The notes: a model not told the origin generated them from the sequence alone. A DNA stretch of 64,000 nucleotides from an uncultured virus (IMG/VR IMGVR_UViG_3300044635_001663) (IMGVR_UViG_3300044635_001663:1-64000); one strand, 5' to 3'. Shown: positions 9,406 to 19,940, counted from the first letter of the stretch. A program made the numbers and translations.

Positions 9406-9664
9406 AGAATTTCTAAGCCTTGACCACTTGACAAGTCGATATTGATATGGTAGACTATTGGAACAAGAAAGGAAACCTGAGATGAAGAATCTTCGTATCT
9501 ATGATATTGTGACTGAGGACGGTAAGACCCTGGCCGACATTCAATTGTCCGTGCAAGAGGATTTTGATTGGGTCGATGTATTTGATAAGCTGTATGATAT
9601 GACCAGTGAGAATGTAGAAAGCTATTCTTACGAGGAGACTACAGTAAATCCCGAATAGTTTGAT

Positions 9665-9737
9665 GGGCCTTTAGCTCAATTGGCAGAGCAAGGAGCTTTT
9701 AACTCTTAGGTTCGGGGTTCGAGTCCCCGAGGGCCCA
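9665..9737 (+). tRNA. tRNA-Lys(TTT)
   Basis: AGGAG-CTTTTAA-CTCTT. Confidence 0.9.
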
Positions 9738-9789
9738 CTTGACAGAGACAATTGTTGGTGTAGAATACAGGTAAGAAAGGGAGTAAATT

Positions 9790-9969
9790 ATGAGATATGA
9801 AGATCACTACGACGGCTACAATTATGACTATGATGATCTTCTAGAAAATACTGAGGATCTTGGTCTAGAAGAAGAACCTTGGATGCAAGACATTGAGGAG
9901 GATGATGATCAGGTTCCATCTTATGGAAAAAATTATTATCCAAACATTTCAGAAGAAGATGACGATTAA
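9790..9969 (+). CDS. 59-aa very acidic protein (MRYEDHYDGYNYDYDDLLE..SEEDDD)
   Basis: Own promoter and GGAG RBS; manually translated, below the ORF-track cutoff. Confidence 0.7.
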   Translation: MRYEDHYDGYNYDYDDLLENTEDLGLEEEPWMQDIEEDDDQVPSYGKNYYPNISEEDDD

Positions 9970-10064
9970 TATTGTGGATGCTTCTAGGTGGGACTAGAAT
10001 CTTTTCTATTATTTCTTTCTTTTCTTGATAAAGTACGTTCGAATCGTACCATCCACTCTTTTTT

Positions 10065-10568
10065 ATGAACACTTTCCAGCAAGAACTTGATGATTTTCGT
10101 CGTACCCCTGACGGAAAGATTATCCAAGGCGCTGCCCATACCAGCAGAGTATTGAATCACAAATATCGAAATAGTGTGATTATCAAGGCTATCTGTTCTC
10201 TGCGTAAGATTGAGAATAATTTTGATAGTATTGCTTGCTGTGGAGTAAGTGGCTTGATGGTGGTACCACAGATTGCAGAGATTCTTAATAAGAATATTAT
10301 TGTTATTCGTAAGGGTGAGCGACGGTATAGTGAATTCTTTATCGAAGGCGTTGCTCCATCTAATTATGTTATTGTGGATGATTTGATTTGTTCGGGAAGC
10401 ACAGTTAAACGCATTATGAACAATATTCATGATGATGTTCCACGAGCAAAATGTATTGGTGCATATTTTTATATGGGAGAAGAGTGCGCCTATAATGCTT
10501 CCAATTCTAAACTTTTTGAGAAGCAGTTTGGAACGATCATCCTAAACCCTTACCAGCCAAAGACTTAG
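10065..10568 (+). CDS. type I phosphoribosyltransferase
   Basis: PRPP-binding motif VIVDDLICSGST. Confidence 0.8.
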   Translation: MNTFQQELDDFRRTPDGKIIQGAAHTSRVLNHKYRNSVIIKAICSLRKIENNFDSIACCGVSGLMVVPQIAEILNKNIIVIRKGERRYSEFFIEGVAPSNYVIVDDLICSGSTVKRIMNNIHDDVPRAKCIGAYFYMGEECAYNASNSKLFEKQFGTIILNPYQPKT

Positions 10569-10622
10569 AACAAAGCTGGCCCGCCCCGGCCTCCGTAAGT
10601 GCTTACGCAGCAACGACTTACG
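10541..10622. repeat. Paired palindrome element, copy 9
   Basis: Sites 10541-10569 and 10594-10622; supplies the PRTase stop codon. Confidence 0.9.
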
Positions 10623-10720
10623 ACACGAAATTTTTTCCAAAGTTTTTGCTTGACAGTGACGATAACATACTGTAGAATGAGTGAAGTAGAACGATTGAAC
10701 ACAACACGAAAGGGATGATT

Positions 10721-11671
10721 ATGGCTCATGCAGTTGAACAGATGATGTTTGTTGGTGCGACCCCGTGGCATGGTCTTGGTAACCAGCTTGACGAAGCTCC
10801 CACAGTTTCGGAGGCGATGACTGCCGCCGGTTTGGATTGGGAAGTTGGTCTGAAGGATTTAGTCACGGTGGACGGTCAACCCGTTCCGGCCCGTGCTACC
10901 TATCGCAAGACCGACGATAGTATTCTGGGCGTTGTCGGCCCGCGATACACTCCGCTGCAAAATAGCGAAGCGTTCGATTGGTTCCAGCCATTTCTGGACG
11001 CTGGCGAGTGTGCATTGCATACTGCCGGTTCTCTCCATAGTGGTCAGAAAGTTTGGGTTCTGGCCCAACTGAACCGCGACAATAGCGAGATCGTGAAGGG
11101 CGACGAGGTTGGGAAGTTTATTCTTCTCAGCAATTCGCACGATGGCACGACCGCTATCCGGGTTGGCTATACGCCGATCCGCGTTGTGTGTGCAAACACT
11201 ATGGCGATGGCCCATAGCAAGAGCAGTGGCTCCAAGTTGATTCGTATTCGTCACACACGTTCCAGCAAGACCAATCTGGAAAACGTGCGAGATATTATGG
11301 ATAACATTAACATGGAGTTTGAAGCGACTGCGGAGCAGTTCAAGTTCCTCGCATCGAAGAACTTCAATCAGGCCGACGTTCGCCGGTATGTCAAGGTGAT
11401 GCTCGACATCGACGGTACGCCGGACGATCAGATCAAGACTCGTACCAGAAATATCATGGACGAGATTCTGGCTCTGGTCGAAGGCCCGAAGCAGAGTGCA
11501 ACGGGGGTTCGTGGAACGTGGTGGGCCGCGTACAACGGCTACAACGAGTATCTGAATTACAACAAGGGTCGCACCGAAGATAATCGGCTCGACAGCCTGT
11601 GGTTTGGACTCAACGCGAACGACAATACCAAGGCTTTGGAAAAGGCTATGGACTTCGCCCAAGCACTCTAA
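10721..11671 (+). CDS. DUF932-family phage/plasmid protein
   Basis: PWHGLG, AGLDWEV, YTPLQN, LLSNSHDG, TPIRVVCANT motifs. Confidence 0.85.
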   Translation: MAHAVEQMMFVGATPWHGLGNQLDEAPTVSEAMTAAGLDWEVGLKDLVTVDGQPVPARATYRKTDDSILGVVGPRYTPLQNSEAFDWFQPFLDAGECALHTAGSLHSGQKVWVLAQLNRDNSEIVKGDEVGKFILLSNSHDGTTAIRVGYTPIRVVCANTMAMAHSKSSGSKLIRIRHTRSSKTNLENVRDIMDNINMEFEATAEQFKFLASKNFNQADVRRYVKVMLDIDGTPDDQIKTRTRNIMDEILALVEGPKQSATGVRGTWWAAYNGYNEYLNYNKGRTEDNRLDSLWFGLNANDNTKALEKAMDFAQAL

Positions 11672-11697
11672 TCTCCTTCGCCATGGGGGTTGCACGG

Positions 11698-11733
11698 GAG
11701 CCGCCACTCAGCAATGGGTGGCGGTTCTTTTTT
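11698..11733 (+). terminator. intrinsic terminator
   Basis: GAGCCGCCACTCA-GCAA-TGGGTGGCGGTTC followed by T6. Confidence 0.85.
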
Positions 11734-11750
11734 GTAGATGTTCTGCTTGA

Positions 11751-11932
11751 CGTAAACCCTTACCAGTAAAAGACTTACGTCGAAAGCGGCCCGCGAATTT
11801 AGTCCTAAGTTCAATACTGGCAAGGACTTACGAAAAGTTTGTCAAAGAATCTCACAAGTTCCCTATTGGCAATGGGTTACGATGTCGATATACTGTATAG
11901 TGATGTAAGGTGTTATCTGGCAAAGGGTTAGG
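11751..11932. repeat. Paired palindrome element copy 10 plus two further sites
   Basis: Sites 11751-11779, 11804-11832, 11853-11881, 11904-11932. Confidence 0.85.
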
Positions 11933-11987
11933 TTAAAATAGTAATAGAATTGTAATAAGCTATTGGATATTTTTCCAACCTTTATTT

Positions 11988-12033
11988 GTCTCGCCTAATC
12001 CAACGGATTCGCTGACGTTGCTGATAGTCAGCC
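11988..12033. repeat. 46-bp bipartite repeat, copy C
   Basis: GTCTCGCCTAA-N28-GTCAGCC with internal AATCC-AAC-GGATT. Confidence 0.75.
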
Positions 12034-12065
12034 GGAATATCGTAGTAGTAACAAGCTGCTCTTAT

Positions 12066-12094
12066 TCTAAGTTCTTATGTTTCAACCACTTGCG
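12066..12094. repeat. single 11-7-11 palindrome site
   Basis: TCTAAGTTCTT-ATGTTTC-AACCACTTGCG. Confidence 0.65.
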
Positions 12095-12674
12095 ACAAGT
12101 CTTAGAGTGTGGTATAATGAAAAGAGTAACAACGATAGTAACAAACTGATCAATAGTTGAGACTTATTCTCAATAGATAAAGATGGTTAGATATTGTTGT
12201 CTAATCTCATAGTCAGGAAAAAACCGGGAGCCCTTGTGATGCAGAAGGAAAGAATTATTGTGACCGATGAAAATCGACAGGATATTACTAGTATTTATTG
12301 CCACAGACTTTTGGATGATATGGACTTTGATACCCTCTATAGTTTTGCTTATGATATGTTGAAAGATAACAAGGAAGGATTGACTAATGAAATGTTGACC
12401 AATCAAATTATTGACTATTACCCTGATATTCTGGAGAACTAATGCCTATTCTTGCAATTCTGGTGATTTTATACGTTGTTATTGATGGAGCTATTAAATT
12501 TTATGCAGATAGATATTAGTAAACAAGAAGCATGGAAACTAATGGATGCTATTAGTGCCTACATGAAAGATTATACTGTTACCGGTCCTGTTCATAAAAC
12601 GTTCGACAATATTACTAAAAAACTAAAGGAGGTTGTCAAAGAATAGTAACTGGTGGTGAGAGACCGGTTAGTAT

Positions 12675-12703
12675 TGTAAGTTGTTTGCTCTTAAGGATTT
12701 GCG
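12675..12703. repeat. single 11-7-11 palindrome site
   Basis: TGTAAGTTGTT-TGCTCTT-AAGGATTTGCG. Confidence 0.6.
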
Positions 12704-14209
12704 TCAAAAGTGACGATATGGTACAATGGAGCTAACGGATACGATATCGTAGCTTGATAGTTGTTTGCTTGTTCTTATTATCTCTTCCTAATTTTATAAA
12801 GGAATCTATATTGGCCATTCTGCTGCTAGTCTTCATCCTGTTTTTTACCAAGTGAGTCATACAAACATTATATAGGTCAAAGCCTGAAAAAGCAAGGTCT
12901 GACACACCATTCCTTAACCCTTATAGGCTGAATTCTTAGAAGAGTAATGATACAGAAGAAGATTGATTAAACACTGTTTTGTACTTCAAACTTATTCTTT
13001 CTTACCCAGCTGTATAATACATAAAAAAACCTTATGGTACTGTCAAGCTAAAAAATTTTTTATCACCAATCGCAAGGAGTTTATCTATAGCTTAAAGCAT
13101 CTTCTGCTATAACCATTAATGTTGGTTACGCACAGGGTTGATCTGTTCTGGAAGTCGGCCAAAGAAGTCGATAGAACCATCAGGGAGGTCTTGTGGCCGT
13201 CATTTTTTAATAGCATGTGAAACGAGAGCAACACCATCCTTTAATTGATTCTGCGAGGCCCAAGGATAAATTAATCTTACAATATACCATTAGTATCTCA
13301 AGACGAATCAGCGAACGCTGAAGTTAAGAGATTCCAGATAAAAAAAGATTAATAAAATCTCTTTGTGCTATTAGGCCGCTTTCGGTATAATAACCAGAGT
13401 CAACGGAGCCAATGGTCAAGCACTTGGTGAGACAAATGCGGGACTGATGGAATCATGGGCAAAGAGTTGTTTTTTAACTTTTAACCATGAGGTGTATTAT
13501 GCGTGCTAGATATGTTAGTCAGATTAATCGTAAGGAAATTCAGAGAAAGTATATTGATCAGATATTAGGAGAATTAGATTTCATGCAGATTAAGGATAGA
13601 CTAAGAGACTACCTTGAGCATGAAAAAGATAAAGAATCTAATTATGCCTTAGAAGCTGAGATACGGAAAGAAGCACCAGATGTTTTGGTAGAAAATTGGG
13701 AAGATTTTAATGGTCCTGCTACTCTCACAGAAGAGGAGCATCATCATGCCTAAGAAATTTCACAGAATAATTTCTTTTGAAGTAGAGGGTGAAATTTATG
13801 ATCATTCTACTACTCCAGAAGATATTCTAAAAAGTTATGACTGGCATTTTAAGGGTTTTCATGATAACCATGAAGACAAATGCTTCTTAGAATCTTCTCA
13901 TGATGATCGTCGTGGACGTATTACTAAAGTTATTCGAAAGAATAAGATTAGTAAAACCGATAAGGCAGATACAGAAACTTTTACAATTAACCAATGAGGT
14001 GCTTTATGAATTATACATTAGTTTATTGGAGTGTTGGAACAATCGTGACATTGTTAGCATTAGTATCGTTATATTATTACTCATGTCATTGTTCTCCTCC
14101 AGCGATTAAATAATAAGTTCTACTTGAGGATCAAAGCCCCAGGTATACTATAAATAGGGGATCAGTCAGGAATGATTGGTCTCCTATTTTTATTTAAATT
14201 GGTGGGTCT

Positions 14210-14255
14210 GTCTCACCTAAATATATAGGGTTGGTTTTTATGGCTATAGTCAGTC
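14210..14255. repeat. 46-bp bipartite repeat, copy D
   Basis: GTCTCACCTAA-N28-GTCAGTC. Confidence 0.75.
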
Positions 14256-14481
14256 GGAATATGGTATCCATTTCTTTGAATAAGAATTTGGATTGTAATG
14301 ATTTGTGTGGGAAAATTCAAAATCTCATTAATAGTTATTCCAAACAAAATCCCCAATCTCATGATACTTTGTTACGAATAGAAGTAGTTCCTATCAATGA
14401 TTCTATAGAATGTTTATTACCAAAATTAGAATTTAAAAAATGATATTGACATATCTATAAAAAATTTTACTATAACTAATA

Positions 14482-14527
14482 GTCTCACCTAATCATCTGG
14501 ATTTGGTTTTTATGGTAACAGTCAGCC
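14482..14527. repeat. 46-bp bipartite repeat, copy E
   Basis: GTCTCACCTAA-N28-GTCAGCC; shares TTGGTTTTTATGG with copy D. Confidence 0.75.
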
Positions 14528-16060
14528 GATCATAAGGATAAAAACAATGTCAAAAAAGAAAGCTACTCCCAAAAAGAAAACTTGTTCCAAGAAAGTTTGT
14601 AAGAAGAATTGTGTTACTGAAAGTTGTGACAAAGTTGAGCAGGTTGAACCAAAAATTGTAACCAAATCAGGATATTTTCTGGGCTTGATTAAAAAAGTTT
14701 TTGGTTATGAATGAAATATTTAGTAACTTAGGATTCTTCATGTTGGGATTGATTCTAGTAGAATCAGTAGTATATGTTGGAGGTTTATATTTTGTCTCTT
14801 ATCTTTCTAGGAAAGACGACAATGATAGTTCAAATAATTTCCACAGTTAGTAAACCAATTTGTCCAACCTTTATACATGATGATCCCACAAGAATATTCA
14901 TCCTCCTCATAGGACTATTACTCCTGTTAGCCATAACGGCCAAAATCTTGAGATATTTTAATGACACATAATGACCCCTTGATCAAATATGGACACCTTA
15001 TTATTTTCTTCTGCATCATCGCACACGGGGCTTTAGTAGCATATTTAGAAGAATACTTATATGAGGATGATAATTATGATGAGTAAATCAAAATTTAAAG
15101 AATTTCACGTTCCTTTTATCAAAAGCTTACTATTTGTTGCTGTAGTAACGGTAGCATCTATGGTTTCTGTACATTATTATCTTAAAAAACCATTATCACC
15201 CATATCAAAAACCCCCACTTATACCTCTCAAGAATCCCAGTATGAGTCCAAATAGGACTTTGTTTAGCTAATACGCTCTATTTACTGGCTAATTGTATAT
15301 TAATTCACTTATTATCTTAGCCCGTGATGGAATTGATGGGATAACAGGCTAATTGTAGCACTTCTGATTAAAGTTGTCAATACCCCTTTGTCGATACTTG
15401 ACGAGAACGATTCTTTGTTGTATACTGCTATGATGGATACTGGTAGTAAAAGTAATAATACAGGGGAAATTTGAGGTTTTAGGATGTATAAGACGATTCA
15501 ATTGACTGATAAGGAACTAGAACTTTTAGCCTCTATGATCCAGTATTATATTGACCAAAAGAAGGATAAACCGGGCTTTGAAATCAATAACTCCCACATT
15601 CTGCTTCGTCATATCTGTGGGATAAAGTCCCGCAAAGGGTCTAATCAAATAGTAATCAGTGGGAAATGAACCCATAAATGAAAAAGAAATCAAATGAAAT
15701 CAGATTTTGCCAATTTGCATGATGATTTTGTTGAGATTCTTCACAATCCTCATTTGAAGAATAAGTGTTATATGGTGAGATTAACTAATTATGCTAATGA
15801 ACGATATACAATGATGGTGAATAAAGAAGATTTGGGGAAACTGGCTAATCTAATCAATAGCTTTATGGAGAATAATTAATGGATGATAAGACCAGACTAG
15901 CGGCTATTGTTAGTGAATATGAGAAAGCTCAAAAGAATATTCAGCCAGTATGGATTGGTGAAGGATGGTACAAGGGTACTCCTAATTCTTTTAACTATTT
16001 CTCTTCTGGATTTGAGGCAGGAATAGAATTTTATAAGCAACAAAACATTGGAGATAAATA

Positions 16061-16324
16061 ATGAGTAGCGTTGTAATCAAAGATAGTTATAAGGCTGATG
16101 TTTTCAATTTCGATATGGAATGTTGGAAACAAGAAATTCCTAATGAGATACTGTTTAATGAAGATGGAACAGTTAAGGACGGGCCTTGTACTAAATGAGC
16201 TGAACTATATAATCTGACTATTAATAATGTGATCAGTTGGGAATGGACTAAGATGAAGTTAACTAGGGATGAAATTCGGGGATTAGCCAATTTTCTTAAC
16301 CAATTTGTGGAGGATAACCCATGA
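16061..16324 (+). pseudogene. small phage gene interrupted by an in-frame TGA at 16196
   Basis: Frame continues past the TGA into a C-terminus similar to neighbouring genes (TRDEIRGLANFLNQFVEDN). Confidence 0.55.
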
Positions 16325-18001
16325 GCGATAAACTACAAAGTAATATCAAGAACTTTATTGTGGATTATGATAATACTGAGAATGATTTTAATATAACCGA
16401 TTATGATTTGTGGCTTGAGACTGCCGTTAATCTTTTAAGGGAAGTTTTGGATAATCAATAATGACCAAGAAACTTAAGAAAAACATAATCAAGTTTTTAA
16501 AAAATTGGGATAATAATACTCCTGACGGATATGAATTCTCTCTGTGGGATTATTGTAAAATTATGGATATGACAATTACATTATTGAGAGAGAGTGTTGC
16601 AGATGAGTATGGATTCAAACCTAAGACATTTTTGGAGAGCATAACTGATGACCGAAAATCCGCTACAACTAGCAACTAAAAATTGGATAGAAGCAGTTCA
16701 GAAGTATTATGAGAATACTCGTAGTAATGAATTGACCCAAATACATATGAGGGGGTATTTTAGTGGTTGGAGCGAAAGAGAGATAGTGAATTTAGCGAAC
16801 AAATTGGCTAAAAATGAAAATGATTATCCTTTGTGGAGAGATAAGGAGAACAAATAATGAAAACTGAATCTCTCAAGGGTAAAGACTTTATCTTGCATAT
16901 TTGTAAAGGAAGATCAACACACCCAGATCATCCTTATCAAATAGTATTGAGTAGTCAATATGTTTGGCCTAATCTTAGTAAAGATGAACTAAAAGACATG
17001 GCTGATTTTATTAATGAATTTGTGGAGAATAACTAATGGCTGGACTTGTATTATTTGGTATACTAGGATATATGGCTTGTGTACGAATTTATGATTGGTG
17101 GAATGGATATGGAGAGTTATTTTAATGGAAGTTAATATCAAACAAGAACTATCTAAACTTGATCGTAATGATTTTATGGCAGTTGTTGATCTGGTTGATA
17201 AGATAGTATATGATCTTAGCGATCTTCTTATTGATGTGGGTGATGAAATTATGTTGGCCGCTGCAAAAGACTATATGATTGATCTTATTAATCCTGCCCT
17301 ATTGGATTTTGATAATGAACAATCAGAGCAAATGGAAATTGCTAGAGAGGTTATGAAACAAGATATTGAGTGTCTTAGGAATTTAAGTAAAAATAATGAT
17401 GACCTTACTAAGAACTCTGAATCTTGAATATGATATTGTTGAGATTCATTACAATAAACTTTTAAAGAACAAACCTTACTTGATCAGGGTTTTTAGTTAT
17501 AATAATAGTGATCCTACTGAACTAAGATTGGATGAGGAACAGGTGAATAATTTGTATCAAACTCTTAAAGAATACTACCTATTATGAAAATTCAAAATAA
17601 GAAAGAAATCGTACTCAGCGTCCAAGATGTTCAAGATATTCTTTTTGACCATTTGACCAAAGAGCATAGTTTGAACGGGGACTTTAATTTTGATTTTGTT
17701 GTTGTCAATAAACCATTTCGTAGTGGTATTCATGATTCTTGTGATCGTCATGAATTTGATGGGGTAAAGATTGTGGTGACTCATGATTGATCAAGAAGTT
17801 TTAAACAAAATTAAAGAACAATATGAAAAAGCTAAAGCTCTAGCTAAAGAAGTTTGGGATGATGGAGATCATGAGGGAAATACTAATGATTTTTATTATT
17901 TCCAATGTGGATTTGCGGCGGGTTTGAACTATCAGCGACTACAAGCACTAAATAAATTGAGCCAACTTGATCAAGAACTAGGACTAGATTAACATAAAAA
18001 T

Positions 18002-18087
18002 GTTAACCCTGTTCCCGTCGAATGTTTACGCTTAGTGCGTAGATCAACTAGGCTAATTGCCGACAGAGTAGGCGGGGCGGGGTTAAC
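18002..18087 (+). ncRNA. putative small structured RNA
   Basis: 17-bp closing stem with G-U pairs and two inner hairpins; GC-rich island in an AT-rich context. Confidence 0.5.
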
Positions 18088-18328
18088 TATAGGAATATTA
18101 CAAGTAGTATGAGAATCATTAACGAAAGACGATCTCAAATAGATGGCAATACCCTAATATCTTGTATATTAGAATATAATGGTAAATTGTTTAAGATTTC
18201 TGATTGTCCAACTAAATTATTTATATGGTCAGAATTGAATGGATGGCTATTTATAGATTATGGAGACACAAAAGAAACTACACAAAAAAGTATAGAACAA
18301 TTTTTGTCGATAATGAAAGTATACACAA

Positions 18329-18514
18329 ATGAAAACATCGGATGAACTTAAAGAAAGATTAAAAACAATAATACAAGAAGAATTTATTAACTCTTGGTTA
18401 GATGCTCCTAATCCGGCATTTAATAATAAAACCCCACGACAAATGATTATAGAACAAAATACTGATCAAATTAAAATGATGCTATATAGATTAGGAAGCG
18501 GAGAACCCACATGA
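18329..18514 (+). CDS. MbcA/ParS/Xre antitoxin C-terminal-like domain protein
   Basis: WLDAPNPAFNNKTPRQMI matches the WLxxPxxxLxGxxP motif. Confidence 0.65.
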   Translation: MKTSDELKERLKTIIQEEFINSWLDAPNPAFNNKTPRQMIIEQNTDQIKMMLYRLGSGEPT

Positions 18515-19940
18515 AACTTAAAGACATAGTACCATATTGTTTAGATTCTTCCAGCTATACAAGTAAATACTATTGGCTTATAAGCGGTCTAATGTATAGC
18601 ATTGATTCCCTAGAGAGATATAGCCCAACACAATCTCTGTGTAATCATTATGATGATCCATATTTTAGTTTTTTTCATCATGACAATCAACTATGCGACT
18701 ATATCAAGTTAAATAGATACAATTTATCTAATGATAAAAAAGATAAGTATCCCAATTATCTATCATTAAATCTTAATCATGAGATTACTATTTTTAAGAA
18801 CTTTATCATGGTTCATAAAACAGACCATACCACAAATAACGACGAGAATAATATTTTTGAAAGAATGAATTATTTTGTGGCAAATGGGCATGAATGTAAT
18901 GCTCATCACTATACAATAGGTTTGTTTGCTAATGACTCGTTAGGAGGCATAGCAACTAATTTGCAAGATTTATTTAAAGACTTGATAAACCCGCCCGTCC
19001 AACCTAAACCAGCGGATTTGACGCTTGATGAGAAGCTAGATGATCTTATTGATGAGCTTATGAAAAATAGTAGAACTATGGCTGTTAAGAAATTGAAAAG
19101 GATGTTAAATGAACGACTATAATAAGTTAAGTTATGATGAATTATTTCAAATAAATGATGAGCTAAGATATATAATAGCTAATCTTAAAAAAGAAAAAGA
19201 AGAATATGAAAAATGTACAGCAAGAGTTTATTCTCCCAACAAAAGCTATAAAGAACTAGAACAAAAACTTGCAGAGACAGAAGAAAAAAGACAAAAAGAT
19301 ATTGACGAATTATGGGAAACACGAATTACTCCATTACAAAATGAAGTTAAAGATAAAAAGATACAACTAGAATCAGCATACAAATCTAGTGAATCTCAAA
19401 AAGATAGAATTAAAGCATTAGAAATGTCTATTACTGCCCTTAAAAGTAAAATAGATTATGCTATTGGTTACATTAGTGCTACTCCATATATGAGAGATAA
19501 GCATCCAGACGAAGTTAAACGATGGCTATTTAAGGAGTTTGAATGACAAATCAATTTAATATATCGAAAGATAATGATATTTATCTACAATCCCCAACTC
19601 TAAAAGAAGTATTAAGAGCTGGTGAGGATTTGTGTCATCACTTAAAAGTTTCTTATGATCCTTACAAGATTAGAATAACTAGTGATTATGGAACCAAAGT
19701 AGTAATTTACTACAAGGAAAATGACAACGACTAAAGATTTTCAAAAACAATTACTATATCTTATCACTAAAATAGAAAAGATAGAAGATTTATGCAAAGA
19801 AGAGGCTGCTGAACCATTCGGGCCTTATGTTGATACTATAGACTTTATGAAGGTGCTTGAAGGTAGTAAAAAATTAACATATTCAGAAGGATTAGAGGCG
19901 GGAATATCTCATATGGCAAGTAAAATATTAAGGATTCTTT

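Noticed and set aside
10859..11707. 282-aa minus-strand ORF
   Set aside because: Antisense shadow of the GC-rich DUF932 gene; no motifs.
281..11832. Repeats as a CRISPR array
   Set aside because: Copies are divergent and separated by 0.7-2.2 kb of genes rather than 30-40 bp spacers; no cas genes are visible.
281..11832. Repeats as intrinsic terminators or classical integron attC sites
   Set aside because: Stems are imperfect and AT-rich with no U-tails, the linker orientation varies, a true terminator separately precedes copy 10, and RYYYAAC/GTTRRRY ends are absent.
16196..16198. Stop-codon reassignment
   Set aside because: Only one in-frame TGA was noticed; conserved genes are intact in the standard code, TGA and TAG end many genes, and no suppressor tRNA was found.
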